Assembly (NCBI RefSeq): GCF_001194135.2
Contig: NC_068995.1
Location: 8,397,225 to 8,438,204, forward strand
Length of the DNA stretch: 40,980 nt
Direction of reading: 5' to 3'
DNA from: Octopus bimaculoides
Lineage: Eukaryota
Shown here: positions 1-12,700 of the stretch, piece by piece
How the letters are laid out: each line of letters opens with the position of its first letter
How positions within the stretch are numbered: position 1 is the stretch's first letter
The notes under the pieces: model-generated
What the model was told of the DNA's origin: nothing
Seen by the model: only the letters and a program-made list of their open reading frames with translations
Database searches by the model: none
Made by a program: the position numbers and the translations under genes

Positions 1-41
<41 letters not shown>

Positions 42-910
42 ATAAGTATATATTTGGGCATGTTAGTCGTTTGTAGCGTATTATATACTTTCCAATAATC
101 AATCAAAACTTATTTGAGAGATCAAATGAAACTTAGTAGACCTCTTAAAGCGATTCCCTTTCATTGTTTTGTATCAGTCTGATGTAAGAAACATGCAGAC
201 ATTGAAATAAATATGAACGTGGTGCTATACATGAAATGTTGAAAATAAAGGTGAAGTCCGCACATTTTATCTATGTACGAATTTCTGTTGATAATATTGC
301 GATTGATATTTCTTCTTTAATCCATATGAATCCATGTGAAGCAAAACCTGTGATGAAAGCATCTTCAGTTGTACCCAGCTTGGTACATGGAACATTATTT
401 TGGTATACTGCAGTGCTGTATATTTTAGAGATGCACTGGAATCGCGTTTGTGACAGGGCTGCTGTTGATGCAGTAAGAATTTTGTTACACAGCAATAAAT
501 GTTTAAGTGAAGTTGACAGACGTTGTGTAGTTTTTAATGCCTAATATACTTCTTCCATGTTGTAATTGTCTTTGTTTCTATACACGGACACAGACAAAAA
601 TCAGTTGCCTAGGATGTACACCGCCGAAATTTTAGTATGTGCCAAACCGGCACTTAAGACAGTGGGTTATCATCTCTTAACAATTTTCCTCTTATATCTA
701 GCAAACTGGACGATCAGGCGTGAAACCGAATGCAACAAATCGCCATTGAGTCGAATGTCCTTTGTTTTGTACAGTGAAATATTCTAAGAAAAGTTATAGA
801 ATAATTTGCATTCCAGTTTTATGATACAGGGAGCTAAACATTCGGAATTCTGGTGCTGCAGTTTATGTACAACATGCTGTTGAATGTGCGTGCGTTCCAT
901 TGGTGTAATA

Positions 911-986
911 TAGGCATAAAGCCGGAGATTTTAGGGAAGAGGGCAAATCGATTTTATCGACCTTAGTTTTTGAATGGTACTTTATA
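911..986 (-). mobile_element. SINE family A, degenerate 3' fragment
   Basis: taggcataaagccggagattttaggg...aatcgattttatcgacc...tggtactt aligns to the 3' half of the best-preserved copy at 36866-37088. Confidence 0.55.
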
Positions 987-1049
987 CCTTTTAACGGATA
1001 TCTTTCACTCCATGACACTTTATATTGAGCTTCAAGCTAATAATAGTTT

Positions 1050-1428
1050 AAAGTTTTGGCACAAGGCTACCAGGGGCGTATATTCCAGATGTGCTAGGTG
1101 TGTAATGCACACCCTTCTAAGATGGCAAATCTATTATAAATTTTAACCATTCTTATTAATTTAATCACATATATTAATAGAAATCTTTTGTCATACAACT
1201 GCTTGAAATGTGATGGCACTGGGTGTGCCAGCACACAATATACTACCATACGCCACTGAAGGCCAGTAATTTCAGGGAATGCGTTAAATCGATTACACCA
1301 GTGCTAAACAGGTGCTTATGTTATCGGCCCTGAAAACAGAGCCAACTTAGCCGGAATTGAACTCAGGACGTAATGGCAGGTGAAATGCCGCTAAGCATTT
1401 GGATAACGATTCTGTCAGCTCACCGCCT
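1050..1428 (-). mobile_element. SINE family A, interrupted by the MITE at 1071-1258
   Basis: Removing 1071-1258 and one TSD copy restores ttttggcacaaggccagtaattt (compare 20350 and 28155). The right part carries ggaattgaactcag (B-box, reverse complement) and ctgtcagctcaccgcc (head). Confidence 0.75.
1071..1258. mobile_element. Non-autonomous DNA transposon (MITE), hAT/Tip100-like
   Basis: TIRs cagGggcgta / tacgccActg match 9/10. Subterminal ggtgtg..gcacac motifs occur near both ends. Flanking 8-bp direct repeat aaggctac (1063-1070) / aaggccag (1259-1266) matches 6/8. An 8-bp TSD with CAG(G/T)GGCG termini is typical of hAT-Tip100 elements. Confidence 0.75.
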
Positions 1429-1699
1429 TGTGAATGACGTAAAATGAAACCAAATAACTATAAGAAAACTAAAACACATTTCTTCTTTACGAAGTTTTGC
1501 CGGTGTTAAATTATTTGGCGGAATATGTTCAGCTGTTCTTGCAAGCCAATGGAGACTGACAATGCTGGAACTAGTTCGTAATCCAAATGCCACGAGGGAT
1601 TAATAGTAGTGACTAGAAATGCCTTGAATCTTTAAAGCAAAAAACTTGACTGAAGTTAATACTTCATTCCAACCAGACTGCAAAACAGCTTATATGATA

Positions 1700-2110
1700 T
1701 GGATGTGTGGTTAAGGGATTCAGTTCAAACCATGTGCTTTCGCTTTCCATTCTAGCGCTTGGCACAATAGAAAAAGGTCATCTATCCATAATAGCACTAC
1801 ATTGATTTATGCTTTATGAGTGAATTTAGCAGTCGGAACATTTGTCAAAGCACGGCATCCATTCATCCAAGCACCCACCCATCTATCTATCTATCTATCT
1901 ATCTACCTAACTATCAATTTATCGATCGATCTCTTAGTCTATCTATGTATGTGCATATGAGTGTACGTATGTGTGCGTGGTTCGATAACGTTGCTGATAA
2001 AATAGACACCAGATTAAAGATAGTTACTGGCATCGATGTGATCGACCAAACCCTTTTCGGTGGTGCCCTGCCATCGCACTTCAATGACTGAAGCACGTTA
2101 GGGAATAAAG
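1700..2110 (+). mobile_element. SINE family B, old full-length copy with internal (TCCA)/(TCTA)n
   Basis: Head tggatgtgtggttaag, middle ttatgagtgaatttagcagtcggaac and 3' end atcgatgtgatcgac...ttcaatgactgaagcacgtta are colinear with the 29492-29857 copy. Confidence 0.6.
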
Positions 2111-3392
2111 GAAGAAACAATATTTTCATAAAATTGCTAAACGAGGGAGATAAAAAACATACAGGTTGGCCTGGCCAAATTGAAATGTGGGACGGTAACC
2201 AACTAGACACGTGTCACGCAGTTGTTTGGTACAATAAACCAATCGTCACTGAATATGATTTACAGTATGTTGAATAGAACGAACGAATAAATGTCGGTGC
2301 ATTTCAAAGAATGCGAGAAAGAAAGAACGAAATACAGAAAAGTAAAGGCGAAACACAAGGATAATTTACAGAAACCACCCCCTCCTAAGTGAATAATTCC
2401 TTAAGAGTGTTTTCACGCTATTAAAAGCCAACGACGTCTCCTATAACGTGAAAGAAAAGTATTCTAAGAAAACGTAATGTCTCTACTGCCTCTAGGAACA
2501 CCACCAACGCGGCTGCCAAAACAATATCATTAAGTTCAATGACGATGACGACGATGACTATGAAACGATGACGACGGCGGCAGCAACAATGAAGTTTCTT
2601 TCAACACATTGAGCCTATTGGTAGAAGAGTTGAAGAGGTTAACTATGGCAGTTTGTGTGTTCGTGTCTCAAAAGAAGCGTTGTATAGAGCAATTGTTCGT
2701 CGAATTAATGTTTGTTATTTGTCTTCCTTTCTCTATCAATCTCCGTTGGAACGGATGTTCCGGGTTGATAATAACTTTTTTATATATACAGTATTTTCTT
2801 TCTTTTTTTTTCATTTTACTGATGTTCATTTTGTTGTTATTGATATAGATGATATTATTCGTATTCAGAGCTACCATTCACCAAACACATATATGATCAA
2901 AGCCATACCAACCGCGACCACCTCGTCTTAACAAAATATAGAATAGCAACACCAAATTTGTCTTCATATTTGACAGTCAGTTATATATGACTGTGTTTTA
3001 AAGGCGGAAGAGCTTCACTTTGAGGGCGAACAATGTGCTATTTCCGTCGCCCCTATCAGATACATGAAAATCTTTCCCGAACCTTCAAGGTTCTGTGTAT
3101 GTGTGAGAAAATATTGGACTATAACACTGAAAAAACATTGGCCTGAATGCGCTGTTATTCACGCTCAAATTGAAACGGCTATTTTGTGATTTCTAATTCA
3201 TAATACTCATGCATACTCTGGTATTTGCACTTCCTACCTGGTTAAATAATTACGACACATAACTGCAATAATTGCTATAGTGATTATTCTACTCACCATT
3301 CAAGTAATTCTTGAATTGTTTGTAAAATCTAAGACTTTAATCTCTATTCGCCAAGCTAAGAATGTTCCGGCCCCACTCACATTTACCGTTAA

Positions 3393-3570
3393 TATTGCTT
3401 TCAAATTTTAGCACAAGGACATCAGTTTCGGGTACCGGTGCAAGTCGATTTCATCAAACCCCTTTGCATAACTGATACTTATTTTATCGACCCAGGAAAC
3501 ATGAAAGTCAGAATCGACCCCTCTTAGGATTCTGTCCAGCGCAGTAAAGATTCTCCCAGCTCGCTGACCT
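3393..3570 (-). mobile_element. SINE family A, degenerate and internally deleted
   Basis: ttgctttcaaattttagcacaagg tail, gtcgatttcatc...gatacttattttatcgaccc core and gattctcccagctcgc head. Confidence 0.6.
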
Positions 3571-4691
3571 ACCTTCACTATTAATATTAAAAGAATAAAT
3601 ACATCGAGAAATCCGGAGACGTAGTCGTTTTGATTTCTTATGAATTATCTCACATCTTCCAATGGATGAAAAAAGATAATCATAACATTCTACATTCTCC
3701 ATGTAATTAGTTTCTTGTTTAAAACTATGATGGATGAGGAGTATATGAAAAAGATTTTAGCTGTGGTTACCCACTATTTTCTTTGTGTTCGGGCTGTCTA
3801 CCAGTCAAATTGCTAGCCTATCTCTCCGCTTCACTCGATGTTTTCTACTAAAGGTCTATACACATACCGACTTGCATTTTTAACAATTTGTGTCCTGCGT
3901 CGCCGTCTTCACAGTGATGTGTATATATCCACATCGGTCTGAAAAACGAGGAAAACCGTGGAAGAAAGTCCAGTGAATCAGTTAACTAAATTATTCTGGT
4001 TTTCGATTAATTATTGTATAATCCAACAGTATTGAGTATTTTTCACTCGTTCGTGAGAGCTAATGAGCTATTGAAGTTATAAACACGTGGACATGCACAC
4101 GCACGCCCACGCATAAATAATATGGACATATAACTCCAATCGAAATACACCACATTGATAAACAGAACTCAATGCAAAATGCGAGTGTTGAGATTCACAT
4201 AATTTATATTAGATATTCGTACTAATACAATCTCTATCTTTGTCTGCCGTTATTTTCCTTCACTTTTTATGATTTTCGCGGCATTTACACCGATAGATAT
4301 AATCGCATAAATCGCGATGCATTTTCTCGCTTCTTTTCTATCAAAATCCTACGTGAGATTGACTGCTATGTATAGCATGATACACTGTGAGAAATGGCTT
4401 TATTTATGCTGAAGCGGGAGGAGAAGAAAGAAAGCTGTTAGTCGCAGAAGAAATACGATGATATAAGTATAAACGTCTCTACTTTGAATGTCTAATGTAA
4501 AATGCCGCCATGGTGTTTTATTTAGTTCGTTCATATTCCTTACGACTGACTCCCTTTAATATTTAGGTCGTCATTGAGTACTATTAACGCGTAGAAAATA
4601 ATTTGTTTAGACCAGTTAAGATGTGGTTATATTTTCTAAGCAATCAGGTACAAAGGCCACACTGGAGCATCACATTTATACAGACGTATAT

Positions 4692-4790
4692 GACTATATG
4701 TTGGCCTACAGACGATTGGCCTACAGACTATATGTTGGCCTACAGACTATATGTTGGCCTACAGACTATATGTTGGCCTACAGACGATTA
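4692..4790. repeat. 19-bp minisatellite (gactatatgttggcctaca) x4 plus variant units
   Basis: Perfect units start at 4692, 4726, 4745 and 4764. A 15-bp variant gacgattggcctaca is at 4711 and a partial variant at 4783. Confidence 0.95.
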
Positions 4791-4980
4791 CGGGTACACA
4801 GCATATAGAGAGAGACGTACATTTTAAAAACAGTTTGACACAAAAAAGAAGTAGATGCACGTACTCACCAGCACATATGCACACACACACATATATACAT
4901 ATATGTGTGTGTCCGTGTGTGTAATTGTGCCTATGTATGTATGATTCAGTGCATACATGCATATATATATATACTTATAC

Positions 4981-5057
4981 TTACACATACATATAATATA
5001 TATACATATACTTACACATACATATAATATATATACATATACTTACACATACATATA

Positions 5058-5072
<15 letters not shown>
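4981..5072. repeat. 31-bp AT-rich tandem repeat x3
   Basis: ttacacatacatataatatatatacatatac starts at 4981, 5012 and 5043, then runs into (TA)n and a gap. Confidence 0.9.
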
Positions 5073-5110
<38 letters not shown>

Positions 5111-5601
5111 NNNNNNNNNNNNNNNNNNNNNNNNNNNNNNNNNNNNNNNNNNNNNNNNNNNNNNNNNNNNNNNNNNNNNNNNNNNNNNNNNNNNNNNNNN
5201 NNNNNNNNNNNNNNNNNNNNNNNNNNNNNNNNNNNNNNNNNNNNNNNNNNNNNNNNNNNNNNNNNNNNNNNNNNNNNNNNNNNNNNNNNNNNNNNNNNNN
5301 NNNNNNNNNNNNNNNNNNNNNNNNNNNNNNNNNNNNNNNNNNNNNNNNNNNNNNNNNNNNNNNNNNNNNNNNNNNNNNNNNNNNNNNNNNNNNNNNNNNN
5401 NNNNNNNNNNNNNNNNNNNNNNNNNNNNNNNNNNNNNNNNNNNNNNNNNNNNNNNNNNNNNNNNNNNNNNNNNNNNNNNNNNNNNNNNNNNNNNNNNNNN
5501 NNNNNNNNNNNNNNNNNNNNNNNNNNNNNNNNNNNNNNNNNNNNNNNNNNNNNNNNNNNNNNNNNNNNNNNNNNNNNNNNNNNNNNNNNNNNNNNNNNNN
5601 N

Positions 5602-5642
<41 letters not shown>

Positions 5643-6150
5643 TTTATGTATATAATTTGCGTGTTGATAGACACACACACACACGCACGCATATACATAT
5701 ATGTAAACAAAATAGTTAATTTGTTCAGTGAAAGTAGATAGTCCACTTGTTACCCAATTCTGTAAGTTTCTTAGCCTGTATTTCAGAGATACCGACAGTC
5801 TGTAAAAACAATTGGAACATTTCACGCACCATTTAACCTTTAGATTATTAGAATATAGAAACTTGCCAAAAAGAACTTTATCTCGGTACGGAGGCGTGCT
5901 CCTCGCTCGGTTATTTATAGTTATTGTCTAAGAGAAATGAGACGGGGAGAAGATACGGTAGTATGTCGTGGTTGTTCATGTTGTTGTTGCTGTTGGGGAA
6001 TTAGTGAAGGTATTGGTATTGGTGGTGGTAGTGAAGGTGGTGTTGTGGTGTTGGATAGTTAGTTGTTTCGTTGTTGGTGTTTAAATATTGGTGATTGATG
6101 ATTGGCAGTTTGTACGGGAGAATTGAGGAAATGTACAGCGGAGAGAATAT

Positions 6151-6309
6151 GATAGATAGATAGATAGATAGATAAAGTAGATAGATAGATAGATAGACTG
6201 ATACATACACGCATTTATATGTATCTCTGTGTGTGCGTGTGTGTGTGTAGGCTGAAAGATAGACAGATAGATAGGTAAATAGATAGATAGGAGGCAGATA
6301 GATAGATAA

Positions 6310-6347
<38 letters not shown>
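6151..6347. repeat. Interrupted (GATA)n microsatellite
   Basis: Direct reading of the sequence. Confidence 0.95.
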
Positions 6348-6349
<2 letters not shown>

Positions 6350-6513
6350 CTGTATTTCTTTATTAGCCACACAGGACTGAACACAGATGGGAGAAATGCA
6401 ATGTAGAGTTTTTCTTTTCGAGGGGGGTGAAAACAAAATTTAAAAAATCACAAGTAGGGACAACGATCAAAAGGAATCGAAAAAGTTTGGGCTATATACA
6501 AAAATGATAAAAA

Positions 6514-6671
<158 letters not shown>

Positions 6672-7235
6672 CTGACTGATCGGCAAACAGTTCGAGACGA
6701 CTGAAATGAATGAGAAGAAGTGTTGCATGTGAGGAGATTTAGACATAATGCAGATGAGAGAGTGACTGTTTGAAGGAAAGTATGGGTTTCTAAGTCGACT
6801 AGTGAGTGCACACATCGACTTCACATTCTACCTTACTGCCTGTCTCTATATATTCAGACATATGCACACATACACACATACACAGGTGCACACATACAAA
6901 AGCACACGCACATACATAAACACTCACACACACACAGATTCATATACTTATACTTACATATACACATACATGAAAACATACATACGTATGCAAAAATATA
7001 TATATTAGCACACAAAACACAGATCTACGCATGCACTGACCTCACATTCTTGCACATATCCATACATACACACGACTGGACGTTGATGTTGACATTCCAG
7101 TGAAAAAAGCTTTGATCTCTAGAAAACGGCTCTTTCGTTATCGGCGAGAAATCTCAAAAAATACATACATTTATGCCTAAATACATAAATGCTTACACAC
7201 ACACACTCCCAACACACACACACACACACACACCC

Positions 7236-7270
<35 letters not shown>

Positions 7271-7801
7271 AACACACACACACACACACACACCCACATT
7301 TATAAGTTTATACATACAAGAACCTGTTGATGTGGCAATTCCAATAAAGGAGCCTTGTATGTTGTTTAGAACTTGGCTATTTATCCATTAGCGCAAAAAT
7401 CTCGTAATACAGTTACGTACATACAAACATACATACATACAAATAGTTGCATCTATACGTATATCGGCCAAACTATATTGCTCTCTGGTCATCATAATAC
7501 GGTGCATTGTGTGAACTGGTCTTTTCTAATTAGGTAGATATCAATTTAATGTTGGCTCTGTTTATCTTACTGCGATGCAGCTGGGTTTCTTCAAAGCATG
7601 TAGAGTGAGGTGAAGCAAATGATACTGTGTCCACTGAGGTGAAACATGCAACTGTCACTGCTAATGAAGTGACCAAGTAGCATGCAGTACAATCTCATAT
7701 ATTTACGGTTCGATAACACCCGTAATTGGAATCATCACTTTTGCTGCGCCTCTGCGCTTTACAAGTAACGAAGTAAATATACATGGATGTGTGTGTGTGT
7801 G

Positions 7802-7838
<37 letters not shown>

Positions 7839-8752
7839 NNNNNNNNNNNNNNNNNNNNNNNNNNNNNNNNNNNNNNNNNNNNNNNNNNNNNNNNNNNNNN
7901 NNNNNNNNNNNNNNNNNNNNNNNNNNNNNNNNNNNNNNNNNNNNNNNNNNNNNNNNNNNNNNNNNNNNNNNNNNNNNNNNNNNNNNNNNNNNNNNNNNNN
8001 NNNNNNNNNNNNNNNNNNNNNNNNNNNNNNNNNNNNNNNNNNNNNNNNNNNNNNNNNNNNNNNNNNNNNNNNNNNNNNNNNNNNNNNNNNNNNNNNNNNN
8101 NNNNNNNNNNNNNNNNNNNNNNNNNNNNNNNNNNNNNNNNNNNNNNNNNNNNNNNNNNNNNNNNNNNNNNNNNNNNNNNNNNNNNNNNNNNNNNNNNNNN
8201 NNNNNNNNNNNNNNNNNNNNTATATATATATATATATATATATATTATGTGTGTGTGTTTATCGATGAATGTATGCGTGAATATATATAAGTATATATGT
8301 ATGTGTTTAAAAAGGTGGTTTATGGGGTGGGGTGAGAATTTTAATCTAAGCTGTAAAACAGTTGATTTCTTTCTTTATCGTGACCTAAACTTCACGCATT
8401 TAAAATATCAGTTCTCGCCTGGTGATTAAGCAGCGTATACCTTGCATCACGAATAAGTAATTCAGCATATATTATGCCTCTGCGATGAGCTCATCATAAA
8501 TTAGAAATAGATGAATAGTTGTCTCCCTTGATTATTTACTGACAAATATGAGTAAATATGTAATATATTTTCTCAATAATCCTGTATTTACGTCCAGTTA
8601 TTGAGTCGATTGGATATGTTAAAACTAGCATAAGCCTCGGTTTCATTAGCTTCAAGGTTTGAATATAAAAGACTCTTATATGGTTGCATCATACCAAGCT
8701 AAAAATGGATGCTAACTGACTCTCAAATACATTTTACTATCTGAAAATATTA

Positions 8753-8981
8753 TTTTCTACTCTATTCACAAGGTCCGATTGTTTTTTTGTTTTTTGTTTT
8801 TTGAAAGAGAGGCCAGTCGATTAGATCGACCCCAGTACGAAACCGGTACTTCGTTTATCGACTCCGAAGTGATGAAAAGCGAAGTTGACCTCGGCGGAAT
8901 TTGAACTCAGAACTTAAAGACAGACGAAATACTGCTAAGAATTTTGCCCGACGCGCTAACGTATCTGCCAGCTCGTCGCCT
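8753..8981 (-). mobile_element. SINE family A, full length with 18-bp target-site duplication
   Basis: On the minus strand: tRNA-like head ggcgacgagctggcagatacgttag (A-box-like) and gagttcaaattcc (B-box). Flanks tactatctgaaaatatta (8735-8752) and tactagttgaaactatta (8982-8999) are 15/18 identical. Confidence 0.9.
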
Positions 8982-9145
8982 TACTAGTTGAAACTATTAC
9001 ACATTAACCAGTTCGACTGCTCATAGTCCCTTTGATATCGTGACCCTCTAGTGAGAAATCAGGAAAAATACAGCCGAACTTGCAATGGAGAAATTAAAAT
9101 TATTGAAGGCTGAAACTTATTCAAACAGAGCCATTTGCATGCCAT

Positions 9146-9408
9146 TAATGTACTGGGACGTAAACACTCAAACACCGCTCATAAAGCAGTTGTGAAGGAT
9201 AAACACGGCCACAAAGGCACACACACAGATATACGTATGTATGTATATATGACTGGTTCCTTCTTCTTTATTTCAACCAAATGTATTCATAAAACTTTGG
9301 ACGCGCGAGGATATAGTAAAAGACACTAGAGGTGACACTCAATAGAATTGAAATCGCAACCATGTGGTTACATAGCAAACTTCTTACCGCATCAGCCACG
9401 CCTGCACC
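9146..9408 (-). mobile_element. SINE family B, 5' two-thirds, degenerate
   Basis: Reverse complement reads ggtgcaggcgtggctgatgcggtaagaagtttgc...accacatggttgcgatttcaattc...gtgtcttttactatatcctcg...ccaaagttttatga, colinear with the 29492 copy. gggacgtaaacac lies 3' of the microsatellite. Confidence 0.7.
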
Positions 9409-9742
9409 AATAATAAATACTACATAGTCTAATGATTTCTTCTCTAATTTCCTTATTCTTTTCTCGGTTAGAATCATGAACCTTTCTGTGACATTGTCAC
9501 ATATCATCAGTGGATTCACAAACAGCAAAACTAAAAGTAAGAGGCCATTATTTGCCAGTGAAACTCGTACCTTCGCATTTGCTTGTTCATTAATCAAATA
9601 TATATATGAACTAAACTATTGTACCATTGAAATGATGACAATAATTACAAGCATCCTGGAAGTGATAATATATTAATCACTGTTTTAATTCGACTGGCTA
9701 AATAAATTTCCTCTCAAAGTGGCCAACGAACAATTTGGATGT

Positions 9743-9782
<40 letters not shown>

Positions 9783-12700
9783 ATGTTGTGTGTGTGCGTG
9801 CGTGCGTGCTTGCGTGTGTGCGTGCGTGTTGGTGTGTGCGCGCGCATGTGTGTTCACGCACATGTATAGGTACATGAATACAGAATAATTTAATTTGCAT
9901 ACATATAGTTAGATAGATATGCGTGTGTCTGCATATATATGTATGTGATGATGTGTATATNNNNNNNNNNATACGGCTATGTACATATACATAAATATTT
10001 GAATATATATGTGTGTGTGTGTGTGTTTGGATATATATATATATATATATATGCACATATACAACGTATAGGTGTTTAGTCAACAGGAGTACGTATATGT
10101 ACATATATACATATGTGTGTGTGTGTGCATATATGTGTGTATATACACACAAACATATATAAAATGGCATGCGTTACTGGTTGCCGGAATGGAGTAGCGT
10201 GTACATCATGCTAAGATATGTTGGCGGCCTCCCAACTAAAGCGCCGTTACAATACATAATTTGTCTATTATACCATTACAATACAGCGCATAACAATAGG
10301 AATTACATAGAACAGAAGATAAATATTGCATCCGAATGCTCTCTCTCTCACACCGAGAGACGAACATACAAACACAGGATCAGTGACACGAACACGTGTA
10401 TTCGCACACACATAGATTGACAGTAAAAAGTGTATTCATTGCAATTAATGAAAATAAATTATTCTTAAATTATCACACCATCAGTAGAATTAAATCAGCC
10501 TTTAATAATTAAATCAACCTTACTATTTATTTCTCTCAACAATACTACGGAATTGGTGGATCATTGTTCATACTACCATATANNNNNNNNNNNNNNNNNN
10601 NNNNNNNNNNNNNNNNNNNNNNNNNNNNNNNNNNNNNNNNNNNNNNNNNNNNNNNNNNNNNNNNNNNNNNNNNNNNGTATGTATGTATATACGAACGTAG
10701 AGAACCACGTTACGCGGAAACAATTGTAGCTATTACAAATATAAATGTTCCTTCGTACACGTTAGATAAGAAATGTTTGCAATGAAAATATTTATTTATT
10801 TATTCATCGATATTAAAACTTTATTTTCAATAGACAGTATCTACCCGACATCTGCTTCGTATATGTGTTATTGAAGATTTAAAAACGTCATCAATTTTTG
10901 TATTTCAGTAGTTGAATAGCTCACTACATTTGCGAATGACACTTGAAGCAAGGAACATATGATGCTTTTCTAACCATTTTCTGGGTTACTAATCACATCT
11001 TCTACGTCCTAAAATATAATGTTTTGCAAACTTTAATTCTATATTGCCATGCAACATCGTTATGCTATTCCATTCAACAGTCTGTAACATGAAAGGCAAC
11101 ACTAAGATTTTACAATATTCGACTACAAGTGTATTGTATAATCCAACATTAGGTATTGAAAACATACATCACGACTGTAAACAAAACTGTTCATAGAGCC
11201 ATATAAGAACGTACATACATACATATACATACGTACATACATACATGGATAGAGTGATAGACAGATAGAGACATGTAGACAGATAGGCAGACAGACAGAC
11301 ATATAGATAAACTGGCAGATAGAGACATAGATAAACATACAGATAGACAGACAGGCGGATAGATAGATAGGTTGATAGATAGATAGATAAATAAATAAAT
11401 AAAGATAGATAGATAGCTAGATAGTAGCTATATTCAATTAGCCAATCGTCTAGGTCTTATAGGACACTGCATAATTGAAGATATTTCGTTTAAAATCATA
11501 CTAAAATCTTGTTCTGTATGCACACACACACAAACCCATATACACATACGACACACACGGGCATACACGCACACACACACACACACACGTATATGCATAT
11601 GTCTATATGCACATACACCACATACACGCATGTATTGCTCTCTGCGTTTGTATGTGGACATCGTAAATGATACTGTGTACGCAGTTCTTCGGATGGGTCT
11701 GCGAAGTTGGCCAGATACGCATTAATGCAGGATTATCTAAATTACTTATATTTAAATAAACTACACAGCCAAGACTCGTTCTACCACGAAAACCACGATT
11801 ATTTATGAATGATTGATAGTCTGTCACACACATTCATACAAACGCATGTATGCACAAACACGCATACACACACAGACACAGCAGACAGACACAAACGCAT
11901 ACATATATATATATGCACATACTCATAAACGCGTAAGCATATATCAAATGTCGTACACAGGTTATCACATGTATACATTATTGAAATTGTATCATTTACA
12001 AATGGATGCTCTTACTCGATTGTGTATTTAATCAGCAGTGATGGGCACATGATATGACAACCACAGACAACGGAAATGAAGAACACAAGCGTATACGGAA
12101 CGTAAGTCTTCTCACAAACACGCTTCGCCCTTACAACACACATAGATACATACGTAATACATACATACATACATACATACATACATACATGAATACTACA
12201 CACACACATAATTATATATATATATATATATNNNNNNNNNNNNNNNNNNNNNNNNNNNNNNNNNNNNNNNNNNNNNNNNNNNNNNNNNNNNNNNNNNNNN
12301 NNNNNNNNNNNNNNNNNNNNNNNNNNNNNNNNNNNNNNNNNNNNNNNNNNNNNNNNNNNNNNNNNNNNNNNNNNNNNNNNNNNNNNNNNNNNNNNNNNNN
12401 NNNNNNNNNNNNNNNNNNNNNNNNNNNNNNNNNNNNNNNNNNNNNNNNNNNNNNNNNNNNNNTATGGGAGAATATACAAATAATAACAACAGACGAGGAC
12501 AGGTGGTGTAAATAACAAAAGTATATATTAGTATGACGTTCGGGAATACGGAAAGTCTTTGACGTTTCGAGCTACGCTCTTCAACAGAAAGAATACGGAG
12601 ACAAGGAGAAAAACACGGAGAAAAAAAAAATATATATATATATATACATACAGAAGCGTTACTGTATTTGTATGCATATGTGTGTAGTTTCATATACACA

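Noticed and set aside
4692-4790. Possible CRISPR-like array
   Set aside because: The units are contiguous with no unique spacers, and the context is eukaryotic.
9268-9597. 109-aa minus-strand ORF with a hydrophobic stretch
   Set aside because: Its C-terminal half is the head of a family B SINE; there is no recognisable domain.
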